Of a stretch of 64,000 nt of DNA, positions 15,633 through 29,200 are shown piece after piece; the stretch's first letter is position 1; each line of letters begins with the position of its first letter. The position numbers were made by a program, and so were the translations under genes. The stretch lies in NCBI RefSeq assembly GCF_009914755.1, contig NC_060928.1; one strand, 5' to 3'. The notes under the pieces are model-generated. The model was not told where the DNA came from. It saw nothing but the letters and a program-made list of their open reading frames with translations, and did no database searches. The stretch comes from the human T2T-CHM13v2.0 reference genome, Homo sapiens.

Positions 15633-16804
15633 CTTTCTTAACCAAGGCAGTTTAATAATATGTACAAAGATGTATATACAGTACATAGGAAGTGCTTGAG
15701 AATACATGGACAAAATCAGATTTAGCCAGTGCTATTAAGGAGTTTATTGTTAAGAACAAGTTAATTAGTGCACAATTGCAACATGTAGACAACTATTGGG
15801 TGTGCCACTAGACACCCACCAGCAACATGTGCAAGCCTACATTTAAGCTGCACAGCCTAAGCATTATGTGCAGAAAACCAGGTTATCCTAGAGAAATGAG
15901 GAAAGAAACTTTTTATGCAACATGAGCTTGAGTCAGCTTTCAGAAATCCAAACTAAAAAGAAAATCGTAGAGACAAGATTTCAACTATTCAACATGGCTC
16001 TGATTTTGACATTTAATCTGTATTTTTGTAGTGAGGCAAAAAATAATCATGTAAGAGTTTCTCAAAATTCAGAATGGGGGGCAGGATCAAACAAAAGAAT
16101 AAGATTTTTTTTTGTACTGCAGTGGTCTTTGTATATAAAATGTCAAATATTTTATCCTCTCAGTACAAGGAATGTTTCAGTAGATGCCAGTGTTAATGTC
16201 AAAGGAATAAATCCTTTGGAGAAATCTTAAGTCTACATCTTACACCTCAGTTACATCTTACAGGGGAATCACCTCTGTAATATATTTTCTCTTACAATTC
16301 TAACACTGTTAAAAATATAAATATGTAGGGCAGATGTTTTTATGTGTTTATAAAATAGGCCAATTTAAAAAAATAAATTTTAATCTTTAATTAAATTTAT
16401 AAATGAGTTTTAGGCTTAGTTTGTCACAGCCAATGTATGGAAATGTAAATTACAACATCTAAATATGTATAGCCTTCATAAATGTAAATGTAGCCCTATT
16501 TTATCAATAAATACTCCAAACTTTGTATTTCTTCACTTTGACGGTGATATGCAACACATTTTTGCAAAAATAATAATATAGCAGAGAAGTAAAACACCTG
16601 GTTTAAATGAAGAATATTGTTGTATATCCTGAAACACCAAAAACTAACCATGACTTCTTTAGATAAAAGAAGAAAGCTAAATTAATTTAGTATTTACTCT
16701 GCATTATGTCATAATATGTTATTCCATTTAATATTCATAGTAGTTATTTCATTTTTTAAAGCCCCATAGTTAACATCTTACACAGCTGTTCTTTTAAAAG
16801 AACA

Positions 16805-16900
16805 CCGTTATTTTCAACTTTCAGAAAATATAACTGAGGCTCAGAATGCTCAAGAAAATTGTGCAAGATCACAGAGGTAGCAAGCAAAAGAGCTTTGATA
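16805..16900 (-). mobile_element. MIR fragment
   Basis: Core aactgaggctcagaa...tgtgcaagatcacagaggtag. Confidence 0.6.
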
Positions 16901-16974
16901 TAAAACTACTCTGTCATTATTTTATTCATGCAGTAAACATTTATTCATCATCTAAAGTAGGCCAGGATTCATGT

Positions 16975-17122
16975 TATCATATTAGGTAAATCATTTTATC
17001 TTTTTGAGTCTCAGTTTCTCCATTCATAAAATGCAGATAATTCTACTATCTTCCATACAAAGTTGAAACAATATACATGAAATTGTTTTATAAATTATAA
17101 AGCACTATTCAAATATTAGTTT
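16975..17122 (+). mobile_element. MIR/MIR3 fragment
   Basis: Core tttgagtctcagtttctccattcataaaatgcagataat; tail aaattataaagcactattcaaatattagt. Confidence 0.65.
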
Positions 17123-19004
17123 AAAGTACATAATTGGTACTACGTATTTGTATGTGGTTAGAAAAATATTTGTACCTGCAATGGAGAAAATAAGCATAGA
17201 ACTTAGGGTAAGCATTCAATGGTTGTAAGCCATATCCAACAATAATTCATAAAGCACCTTCCCAGGTATATGGCTGGGATAGAGGAAACAAAGAATAAAA
17301 TTGTTTAGAATATGGGTTTTGAATCCAAAACATGAGTGGGTTCTAAGTTAAGAGTCAAAAGTATGTAATTTCTATGTATATAAGTCTTGGTAGACTTAAA
17401 CACTGAATAATAAAAAATTTGGTGTTACCCTGAAGTGTTGCTGGTCTATGTGTTACGTTGTTGTTGTTCTTGTTGTTGTTGTGGGGGGCGGGGGGCAGAA
17501 ATGGAATCTTTTTTTAAAAAAAAAAGAATTTAAAGTAGGCAAATTATTGGTAACAAGTGAGGATATTAGGATTGAAGAAACAAACATAAAGAAATAAAGA
17601 GAGAGAGAGAGAGATGAAAGCCAAAAGAAAAAGTAGGCATAAAGTGAAAAACAAAAAGAGAAGATGAAATGTAGAAAAAGCAACCAGTGGCAATTCTAGC
17701 ATGATATACACAATTTTTATTTACTGTTAAGCCAATTTCTTTATATATAAATAGTGATACTGTTTGGCTAATATATAAAGTGAAATATTACAAAGCCATT
17801 ATAAGATATTATTACTGTACACAATTTAATTGGACTTAATATGAGGATCAGTCTTTAAGATCTCCTAAATGAATATGCTTTTTGCTGGCCTTTTCATTAA
17901 AGTTCACATAATGTCTTAAAATTTTATATGTATCATGTCATGATTTTTTTCCAAATATATCTAAATGGGCACATTACCAAAATAAACAATGAATGCTCAT
18001 ACCAAGCCTCAATATACTAAATAGCATCAGTGTAATGTTTAGAGTTAAGACATCATATTAAGGAGTTATTGCTTTGCTTGAGATATATTTTTTATCATAA
18101 AGCCAAAATTGTAAAGCATTCTTCCAGAGTAAAATTAAAAAAAATTGTTTTTATGACTAGAGTAGGTAAAGATGAGGGAAGCACACATTCATAGTGAATG
18201 AATCCACACATTAATAATTTAGGTTGACTGTAAGAAGTTGGTCTTTGTTTTGCTATTTATGTAAACTTAAATTCTTAAGGTATTTATTTTATGCCATAAG
18301 CAATTAATTATATATTAATGGCTAGTTATAAAATAATGAAAGGATCATAAATTATAGTGAATTAGAGGGGACTTTAAAATTATATATTCCAGTGATATTA
18401 AAATTTTTATAACATCAAAACTCTTCAGACGATATCTGATTTGAAAATCTGATTATAAAATACATAAAATGCTGGGTAAAATTAACTTAATATCCTTTCA
18501 TATATATATAATGTCTGAAGAAAATGGAGCCCAAGGAAGATAATGGGATGTGGTTTAGAAATGTTATTAAGCAATTAAGTTGCCAGATGCCATCAGGAGA
18601 TAGTCAGAACCCAGGTATTAAATCATTTTTATATAAAGATCAGGGGTTTGTGAAAGGTAGTGATGGATTGGGGAATACTATACACAAAGCTAATTTTAGG
18701 ATAAGATAAATACCTGGGAAGAGGTTTTAAAATGGAAATAAACTTGCTCCAAAGTAAAGCACACCACAAGGAAAATTCTAAACCTGCTTTATTACTTGAT
18801 GAAGTTGAAAGAAAAAAATCTAGTCACAGATTGAAGTCTGAATTTACAGTGGTATCTCAAGACTATTCATTTAATTAAGAGGAAATGAGTTTGTGGTGTT
18901 CTCAGGAACCTGACAAGATCAAGAACAACTCCTCCTGGAAGAATATCCTTGTAATCCAGCCACAAGGATCACCTGAGATAAGACTTATAACACTGACAAC
19001 TCAC

Positions 19005-19806
19005 AATCAAAAATTACAAAACACAATAATGAATGCTGGTGAGGATGTGGTGAAAGGAGAACCCTCATACACTGTGGGGAACACACATCCCACTGTTGGC
19101 AGGAATGTAAATAGCATAGCCATTATGGATAACAATATAGAGGTTCCTCAAACATCTAAAAATAGAACTACTATATGATCCAGCAATTCCACTGCTAGGT
19201 ACATATCTAAAAGAAAGAAAATCAGTATATGGAAGAAGTATCTGTGCTCCCATGTTTACTGCGGCAGTATTCACAAGAGCCAAGATTTTGAATCAATGAA
19301 TGAATAGATAAAGAAAACATGGCACATATATAGGATGGAGTATTTATTAGTCAGCCATAAAAAATAATGAAATCCTGTTATTTGTAGCAACATAGATGGA
19401 ACTGGAGGACGTTACGTTAAGTGAAACAAGCCAGGCAGAGAAAAACAAATTTCACTTGTTTTTAGTCATATGTAGGAGCTAAAAATTAAGGCAATTTAAC
19501 TAATGGAGATAGACAGTGTAGTTACCAGAGGCTGGAAAGGGTAGCACGGAGGAGTGGATAAAGTGTGATGGTCAAAGGGTGCAAAAACATAGATAGAATG
19601 AATGAGATCTAGAATTTATTAGCAAAACAGAGTGAGTATAATCAACAATAATTTATCATATCTTCTAAAATAACTAAAGAGTGGAATTGGAATGTTCCTA
19701 ACACAGAGAAATGGTAAATGCTTGAGGTGATAGATACTCCAATTACCCTGATTGGATTATTACACATTGTATGCCTGTATTCAAACATCACATATGCCCG
19801 ATAAAG
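19005..19806 (+). mobile_element. L1MA 3' fragment (L1MA2-4-like)
   Basis: tgctggtgaggatgtggtgaaaggagaaccctcatacact...aaatgcttgaggtgatagatactccaattaccctgatt. Confidence 0.88.
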
Positions 19807-19820
19807 AGGTTTAAAGAGAC

Positions 19821-20193
19821 TGTTAAATAAAATTTATGTGCGGCCATTGATTTGCACTAAGCTCCTTCACTAAGACTAAAAGACAAAACCAATGTGGAGT
19901 CTAACTATAGTAGCTGAGCTTTAGTTAATTAGAGGAGGCTTTGTAACCAATTACCCAATTAAGCCGTAACCAATTAAGTTTTCTCTAAGCGACACATCTA
20001 TTTTCTATAAATGCTGTCAGATCATGTTATTGGTTGGAATTCTTGGAACCTGATCTGGTTTGGAGAGCTGCTCATGTGTGAATCATTTCTGTTTTATTTT
20101 TATTTGTTTTGTTTTGCTTTGCTTTGGTTTTCTTTACTCAAATAAACACAGTTGAAATTTCAACTTGTAACAGGTTTTTACAACTTTTTAACA
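19821..20193 (+). mobile_element. ERV1 (MER4-group) solo LTR
   Basis: TGTTAAA...TTTAACA termini, near 4-bp TSD agac/ggac, repeated aaccaat motifs, tataaa and aataaa. Confidence 0.7.
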
Positions 20194-20197
20194 GGAC

Positions 20198-20570
20198 ACA
20201 AAGTTGAATCTTTTAAAAAAATTAATAAATTTGGTAAATCTATAACACCAGTCAAAAACTTAACAGAGAACACAAATACACATATTATACATTAATATAC
20301 AAATGTAGCTACAAATGCTACAGATATAAAAAGATGGAAAAAACTACAAAATTTTTTGTTGGAGAGATTTTAAGCAAAAGAAAACGAAAACGTTTCTGAT
20401 AAAATACAACTTTCCAAAACTAATTCAAGAAAAAATAAAAACTAAATAGTACTAAACAATAAAAAACTAAATCAATCATTTTAATTCTTCACACACACAC
20501 ACACACATAGATGGATTTTATAAGAAAATAAATTCAAGGAATCAGTAATTTCAATCTAATGTAACATTTA
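20198..20570 (+). mobile_element. Old L1M(E) ORF2 fragment with a (CA)n tract
   Basis: aaatacaactttccaaaactaattcaagaaaaaataaaaa matches degenerate L1 ORF2. Confidence 0.6.
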
Positions 20571-22529
20571 AAGGTATAGCTGCTCTCTGATTGAATCTAT
20601 GAATTGGAGGTTCAGAATCTTACTACTTAGACCTATTGCCCACTCCTTTATGGGTTACTCTTAGAACCATGGTCCTGTCAGCCTATAGGTTGCCAGTTGG
20701 AACCTCTGTTTTTGCACCGTACACAGCCACATGCAGTGGTCCTAACTAAAAGGAATAAAGGAGGACAGTTTGAAAAACACAAATTTGTTCCAACTTTTTT
20801 ATCTTATATGAAAGGATATTGAAGACAAAAGAATTTGTGTTTTTCAGTGTTTCTAAATGTTTTCAGTACTTTTGACTACACCAAAAGTCTTTTGAATTAA
20901 TATATCTCACCCTTATTTTATGATGAGTACATTTTCGCTGAAAGAAAACCATCAGAAACAACATCTTCTTCCCAATATTGAAAGGTATATGTAGTTGACA
21001 AACTAGAACTCCGGACACATTTTCAACACCCAACACAAAGAAAAGTCATCTCCCATTTTCAGAAAATAAATCGTGAAATTGTATGTTAAGACACCACTTG
21101 GAAACTTCAAACATTAAGAAAATGCATCCTTGAGGAGGGAAACACAAATCTTTACCACAAAAAAAATGCATAACATGAGTTTCTAAAGTAAGGAGATAAA
21201 TATTTATGGGGTATCTTATCCTTTCAAAACATTTATAAGTAGGAACTTTTAGTTAGCTCACACAATAGAAGTCAAATGAGCTGCAGGCAGGCTTACATGA
21301 CTAAGAAAAGAGAAAATAAAACACATGGAATTATGCGTGGTCATATATAAAATGAGAAAATACATACAAAACAAGAATTTTTTCCCATTTACCAATGTAA
21401 TATAATACAACTTTAGCTTAGAATCAATATATTTCTAAATTATTTTTAAAATGTTTTCTTTATGCTCTTTATACTATAAATAATTCAAGAAACATAGCTC
21501 ATATGCTTTTTACAACACTGCTTAAAGCTATAAGAAGAATTTTCATTTATCAGTACTTAAATATTCATTAATATTGCCTGTAGAAGTAGGTAGGGAAACA
21601 AATTATAATTATTATTCAAATTGTATTGTGTGTTGTTATTGATGGCTAATATCGAAATTGTTTTTACATAAAAGTAAAATATTAAAGCATTTAATAAGAA
21701 AAATTACCTTATCTAAAATATTTGGCATGTTTACAATGCTTAACAAATCTGTATAGAAACCAAATGAATGTTTTCTCATTTCAGATAATTAAAAGGCTAT
21801 ATACTCATCTTCTAAGTATAATTTGATACCCATATTTCAATTTCCAAACCACTCTTTCTAAATAGATAAGAAATAAATGTTCTGAAGTGGTTAATGTAAT
21901 GACTTAGAAATCTATCATTCTATAATGTGTTTAAGTTATGATCTACTATTTAAATGACAAACAAATATATGTATAAACATACATATATACACACACACAT
22001 ATTGAATGTATATGTACAACTTGCTATAAAAGAGTAGTAAAATGTTCAACTTTCCTATCATCTCAAAGTTCTGTATTCTATTATACCAATAATCACTACC
22101 ACAATAAAAACAGCAGCATTTAATGGCACTATTAACTCAAGAACCTAAAACACCAACTACATTAATTATATTCATTATACTTAATTGAACATAATCATCT
22201 AACCTAACAATTCCTTGTACACTAATTAATAAAACAGCATGTCTTCTGGATTAGAAATATACAAAAATAGCTGTTCTTTATGAGATAATTTTGTTAAAAA
22301 TGTGTGAACCACAATTTAGTATATATAAAAGATGTTGAAATACATTTAATTTAGTAATTTTAATGTGTTTAGTGTAATATTCATGCTGATAATGACTTAA
22401 GAATATAATGATGGATTTGTTAACGTAAGCAAATGTTTTCCAATAGTCCTTGAGAATATTTACTGTTCCTATTAGCATATGATTTAGCCGAGTTTTCTAC
22501 CCTCAGTAGTTATTCAAATTTTCATCTCG

Positions 22530-23470
22530 CCCATCAAATGCTTAACCAATCCATTTACCCTCACTCCAAGTACATGACTTTGTGTTCTACCTAATACAAT
22601 ATTTATTGCAACGTTGCCTCTCCAAATAATAACCTAAACTAAATATTACTCTGTTTCTATACTTCTCTGAAAGAGGTGTCCTCACCGTCCAAAGTTTCTG
22701 ATCCCAGTGAAACTATTTATAACAAGGTCAATAATTACTGCCATTATTACTATATTCCACTGATACTTTTATATTCCTTTCTGCTCTTCTCTGGAACAGT
22801 TAACTGAAATTGCCTTCCTAAACTGTCCCCTCTCTTATTTTACAGGGCATCCCTACCTCCTGGTTTCCTTCTCAATTTCTTCATGAGATTTCTTTCCTAT
22901 TCAGTGACAATTTCACTACCATTACTCACTTGCCCCCTTGGATATCTGTCTTTCCTTTATATACATTTCTATCATATACATTTTAGTTAAATGCCCAACA
23001 GGTAACTCAAAACCAATTCCAAAAATAATTTCATCATCTCTTAGCCTCTACCCTCTATAACTAACCCCAAATCTTCTCCTCTTCATGCCTTCCCTAACAT
23101 AGTACATGATGCTGAATTTCATCCCATCATTCAAGGCAAAAATCAGTGAGACATATAGACTTCTTCATACATCATACATAAGCTGCACACAATTTCTATA
23201 TATTCCATTTGTTCTATATGTTTTTTAAAGAATTTGCCCTGTCTTCTATTAAAAAGAAAACTATTGACACAGCTTCATTTTAATCCCTTCTTCCTGGCTG
23301 GAAGTAGCTTGAAGAAGAGTCTTTCTGCTTTCAAACTTTCCACAATTTGTTTTCCACACAAAAGCAAGAGTAATTTATATATATATAAAGTATATATGTA
23401 TCATAAATCAGATATCAATACTTGCCTGCTGGAAACATTCTAGTACAATTAAAATAAAAACTAAATTATT
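22530..23470 (+). mobile_element. L2 fragments
   Basis: Pyrimidine-rich: ctcctggtttccttctc, aatgcccaacaggtaactcaaaac, ttccacacaaaagcaagagtaattt, aaatcagatatc. Confidence 0.6.
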
Positions 23471-23479
23471 ATTTTCTTT

Positions 23480-24584
23480 TTCATCTTTATTGTTTTTTAA
23501 ACATTTTTAGTCATTGTTTACTAATGCATAATATTTGTACATATTTATGGGGTCCATGTAACATTTTGATACATGAATACAATGTGTAATGATCAAATTG
23601 AGTTATTTAGGATATCCATCACCTTAAACATGTATTATTTCTTTGTGCTAGAAACATTTCAAATTTTCTCTTCTAGCTCTTTTGAAATATACAATATATT
23701 GTTGTTAATTATAGTCACCACACTGTGATATCAGACAATAAAATTTATTCCTTCTGTCTGAATGAATATTTGTGCTGATTAACCAACCTCTTTTGGTCCA
23801 CACCCTCCACATCCTTCCTAGTATCTGGTAACTATCATTCTACTTTCTGCCTCCATAAGATAAATTTTTGTAGCTACCCCATGTGAGTGAGAACAAATGA
23901 TACTTGTCTTTCTGTGCCTGGCATATTTTACTTAACATAATGACCTTCAATTCCATCCATGTTGTTGTAAATAACAGGATTTAATTCTGCTGTATGGCTG
24001 GATAGTATTTCATTGTGTGTGTGTGTGTGTGTATATACACACACACACGTATATATATATATGTGTCCATCAACTGATGAATGGATAAAGAAAATGTGAG
24101 ATATATATATATATGTATATATACATATATCCCCATATACATATTTCTTGTTTCTTGTATATATCCAATTTTAGGCCCTCATTGGATGAATAGTTTGCAA
24201 ATATTTTCTCTCATTCAACAGATTTTGTCTTCTAAATACACATATATGACAAAATATATAACATATATATGTGTGTGTACATATATATGTGTGTGTGTGT
24301 GTGTATATATATATATAAAATCACATTTTCTTTATCCATTCATCAGTTGATTGACACAGTTTCCTTCTGTATCTTGGCTATTGTGGACAGTGCTTAACTA
24401 AAAATGGGGGTGCTGGTATCCCTTTGATATATTGATTTTTTGTTCTTTGTAGAAATACCACATAGTGAGATTGTTAAATCATATGATAATTCTATTTTTA
24501 GTTTTTTGAGAACCTCCATATTGTTTTCGTAATGGCTGTACTAATTAACATTTCCACCAACAGTGTACAAGAGTTATCTTTTCT
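23480..24584 (-). mobile_element. L1MA (L1MA4-6-like) 3' end, part 1
   Basis: tgtacatatttatggggtccatgt...aatgatcaaatt...tatagtcaccacactgtg is an antisense L1MA 3'UTR. Confidence 0.88.
24014..24316. repeat. Compound (TG)n/(TA)n/(CA)n microsatellite interrupted by two L1-derived inserts
   Basis: Dinucleotide tracts are directly visible; inserts at 24062-24099 and 24150-24232. Confidence 0.85.
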
Positions 24585-25242
24585 AGTTCAATCTTATGAA
24601 AAACAATATGGAGATTCCTCAAAAAAAATGGAACTAACATTTTATCCAGCAGTCCAACTACTATCTACTATCTATCCAAAGGAAAACAAATCATTATATT
24701 AAAAAGATAAAAAGCCAAAAATCCCACCTGCACTCATATGTTCATTGCAGCACTATTCACAATAGCAAAGTCATAGAACCAACATGTGTCAATCAGTGGT
24801 TGACTGGATATCGAAAACATGGTATAGATACACCAGATAATACTACACAGCCATAAAAAAATAATGAAATTATGTCCTTTGCAACAAGAAGAATGGAGCT
24901 GGAGACCATTACCCTAAGTAAAGTAAGATACAGAAAACAAAATAACACATGTTCTAACTTAAAAATGGAAGCTAAACAATGAGTACACAAGGACATAAAA
25001 ATGGAAATAATAGACAATGGGGACTCCAACAAAGGAGATGGAGGGGGACAAGTGTTGAACAATAACCTATTGGGTACACTGTTCACTATTTGGGTAATGG
25101 GTACGCCATAAGCCCAATCCCCACCAGTACACAGTATACCCGTGTAACAAATATGCACATGTATCCTCTGAATATGAGATGAAATAAGTTTTGTAAACAG
25201 CTGTAAAAATGAATACTTTTTAAAAAATATATAGTAATTTTG
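24585..25242 (+). mobile_element. 5'-truncated L1PB-like 3' fragment inserted into the L1MA
   Basis: 3'UTR gggtacactgttcactatttgggtaatgggtacgccataagcccaatccccacc; 16-bp TSD aagagttatcttttct (24569-24584) / aagagttcccttttct (25243-25258). Confidence 0.88.
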
Positions 25243-25688
25243 AAGAGTTCCCTTTTCTCCATATCACTGCTGGCATTTGTTAATTTGGGTTTTAATTTTT
25301 ATAATAGCCATTCTAAGTGGGATAAAACGATATCTCATTATGGTTTTGATTTGCATTTCCCTGATCATCAGTGTTGTTGAGTATTTATTCATATACTTGT
25401 TGGCCATTTGTAGGTTTTCCTTTGATAAATGTCTTTTCAGATTCTTTGACAATTTTTTAATGGGATTATTATTATTTTTTTATTTAGTTTGCTGTTGAGC
25501 TCAGTTTCTTGTATATCCCCAATACTAGTTCCTCATTAGATAAATAGTTTGCAAATATTTTCTTCCATTCAACTGATTCTGTCTTCACTATATTGATTGG
25601 TTTCCCTTTCTGTTCTGATATTTTTTAGCTTAATATAGTCTGGTTTGTCTATTTTTGTTTTTTGCTGCCTGTGCTTTTGAGGTCCTAG
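25243..25688 (-). mobile_element. L1MA part 2 (ORF2 3' end)
   Basis: Minus-strand peptide MQIKTIMRYRFIPLRMAIIK; collinear with part 1 across the TSD. Confidence 0.88.
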
Positions 25689-25699
25689 CTGCAATATCT

Positions 25700-26215
25700 T
25701 TGCTTACACCAAAGACTAGATAAAGTGATCCTTACATACTCAACTAATACCTTTTTTCCCAGCTCCTTACAGTCCAGCTTTATGACTCTATCTAATCCTC
25801 TAGTACAAAAATAATGTTTAAGAAAGCTGCCTGGAGTGATGCGGTATTCACCGCATGTGTCCAACTTGCACCACAAGTGGAAGAAGCCAAAAGGCAACCC
25901 ACCCTAGGTTATATACCTCAAGGGCCATGTGAGTCCCTGGAAAAAGTTTTGAAGAGCACCGTGCCTCCAGTGAACATATACAAAACAAAACCGCGGCTAT
26001 CCCAGAGAGTTCTGCCCTAACTTAAGATGATACATGTAGGAGAGACAGAAAAAAAAAAAAAAAAAAAAAAAGGTTTAGGCTGTTTCGAGCAGTGGTTCCT
26101 TATCTAAAGGTGTTGCATTATCAGTACATTCTACATTTTTTCTGAGATATATAGGCAAACAAAGGAAGGAGGGAGAACTGGGTCAGTCCAAAGCCATCCG
26201 GAGAACTATCTCGCA
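25700..26215 (-). mobile_element. ERVL-class solo LTR (LTR40/42-like, uncertain) with an internal A-tract
   Basis: Reverse complement begins tgcgagatagttctccggatggctttggactgacccagttctccc...gtagaatgtactgataatgcaacacc. Confidence 0.6.
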
Positions 26216-26229
26216 TATGAAACTATAAA

Positions 26230-29200
26230 ACTTGCTCTAAAAGTAATAATGTAATCCAATTTAAAATACTCTCATACTGTAATGGTGGTAAGTAAATCAA
26301 TTTTAACGCTAATATAAAAAAGACCAAAGTATTAAAAATAACATAGCTACAATAATTTGTTAATGTACATACAATATATAAAACATGTAAAATGTGACAT
26401 CAATAACATAAAATAAAGGAGAAAGAGAAGTTAAAATGTAGAGCTTTTAGATGCAGTCAAAGTAAAGATGTTACCAGTTTAACTTGTCATTAGCTTTTAT
26501 AACTAAAAGATGTTTTATGTAAGCCTCACAGTAACCACAGAGAAAAAAGTTCCAGTAGATACACAAATAAAAAAAGAAAGAATTAAAGCACACCACCAAA
26601 ACAATCATGTCACAAAGCTAGACAGTAAGAGAGAAAGCAAGTAACTACAAAACAGTCAGAAAATCAATTGCAAAATGGCAGCATAAATCCTGACCTATCA
26701 ATAATTACCTTAAATGTAATGAAAGAAATTCTCTAGTCAAAAGACAGAGTGGCTAAATGAATTCAAAAAAATAAAAAAAAAGCAAGCTCCATCTATATGC
26801 TACCAGTCAACAAACAACTCACTTAAGCTTTAAGCATACACAAAAGCTGAAAGTGAAGGGATGGAAAAAGATATCCCATGCAAATGGTGAACAAAAGAGA
26901 GCAGAGGTTGCTATCCATCTATAACACAAAACAGACTTTAAGTCAAAATTGTCACAAGAGGCAAAGAATTTCATTGTATAGTGATAAAAGGATCAAAGAA
27001 TCAAGAGGAAATAACAATTGAAAATATGATGCGCCCAACATGAGAGCATCTAAATACATAAAGAAAATACTAACAAAACTAAAGGACAAAAAGACACATT
27101 AATACAATAATATTAGGACACTTAAGTATATGATTTTCAGCAATGGATAGATGTTCCAGACAGAAATTTAATAAGGGAACAGTAGACTTGTATTAATACA
27201 ACACTGTGGACCAAATGAACCTGATAGACATGTATAGAACATTCTAAGAGCACCAGAATATCCATTCTTTCTGAGTATAAATGGAACATTCTCCATAGAT
27301 CAATGTAAGGTCATAAAGAAAGGCTTAACAAATTTAAGAAAATTAAAATCATATCAAATATCTTTTCTGACCATAATGATAGGAAATTAGAAATCAATAA
27401 CAGGAGGAATTTTAGAGAATTTATGAATATTTGAAAATTGAACAATACAATTCTGTAAAACCAAAAAGTAAAAGAAGAAATAAAAATATAAGTAAAAAGA
27501 GAGCTTGAAGGCCAGGCATGGTGGCTCATGCCTGCAATCCCAGCACTTTGAGAGGCCGAGGCGGGCAGATAACCTGAGGTCAGGAGTTTGAAACCAGCCT
27601 GGACACCATGGTGAAACCCCGTCTCTATTAAAAATACAAACATTAGCTGGATGTGGTGGCAGGCACCTGCAATCCCAGCTACTTGGGGGGCTGAGGCAGG
27701 AGAATCACTTGAAACCAGGAGGCAGGGGCTGCAGTGAGCCGAGATTACTCCACTGCAGCCTGCACTCCAGCGTGGGTGACAGAGCAAGATTCTGTCTCAA
27801 AAAAAGAGATCTTGAAACAAATAAAAATTTAAACACAGCATACTGAAACTCGTGAGATATGGCAAAAACAGCTGTAAGATGAATGTTTATAGCAATAAAT
27901 GCCTATGTTAAAAAAATAAGATCTCAAATAAAAAAACAGCATTGTACCTCAAAGAACTAGGAAAACAAGAACAAAAGATCAGAGCAGAAATAAAATGGAG
28001 ACTAGGAAGACAACAGAAAAGATCAATAAAACTAAAAGTTTTTTGTAAAGATAAAATAGCCAAACTTTTAGCTAGACTATAAAAAAAAGAGAGAAAATGC
28101 AAATAAATAAAATCAGAAATAAAAAAGAAGACAGTATGACTCAAACAGAAGTCCAAAAGATAATAATAAATTATTGTAAATAATTATGAGCCAAAAAATT
28201 GCATAACTTAAAACACATGGATAAATTCCTAGACACATACAATCTACCAAGATTGAATTATCAAGAAATAGAAAATCTGAACAAACAAATAACGAGTAAG
28301 GAGACTGAATCGGTAATAAAAATCTGCCATCCATGAAAGGCTCAAGACCTGAAAATTTCACAGCTGAATTCTACCAAGCATTTAAAGAACTAATAACAAT
28401 CTTTCTCAAACTCTTTCAACCAACTGAAGAGGAGGGGATACTTCCAAACTTTTTTACAAGGCTCAAATTACCATGATATCAAAGCTAGAAAAGGACACAA
28501 AAAAAGAAAAATCACCAGTACAGGCCAATATTTCGAAAGGATATAGATACAAAAATTTTCAACAAAACAACAAGCAAATCAAATCCTTCATTACAACAAG
28601 AAAAGTCACTCACCACAATCAAATGGGCTTCATCCCAGGGATACAAAGATGAATAAACATATGTAAATCTATAAATGGGATACACCACATTAATGGAATG
28701 AAGAGGAAAAACCATATGATTATTTAAATAGATGCAGAAAAAGCATTTGGCAAAATTCAACATCTCTTCATAATAAAAAAAAAACTCTCAACAAATTAGA
28801 TATAGAAAAAATGTATGTCAACACAATGAAGGTCATATATGATACTCAGCTAACATCATACTTAACAGGGAAAAGTTGAAAACTTTTCCTCTAAACTCAA
28901 GAACAAGACAAGGATGCCCACTCTTGCCACTTATACTCAAGTGGAAGTGCTAGCTACATTAATTAGGCAAGAGAAAGAAATAAAAGACATCCAGATTGGA
29001 AATGGGGAAGTTAAGTTGTCCCTGTTTGCAAGGACATGATCTTATACAGAAAAAAATCTTCATGATTTCACCAAAACTGCTAGAGCAATTAAACAAATTT
29101 ACTAAAGTTGCATGATACAAAATCAACATACAGAAATCAGTAGCATTTCTAAACACTAAAAGCAAACTATCCGTAAAAAAAAAATCAAGAAAACGATCCT

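Noticed and set aside
26049-26071. Long A-tract as a processed pseudogene tail
   Set aside because: Lies within an LTR; no TSD or mRNA-like body
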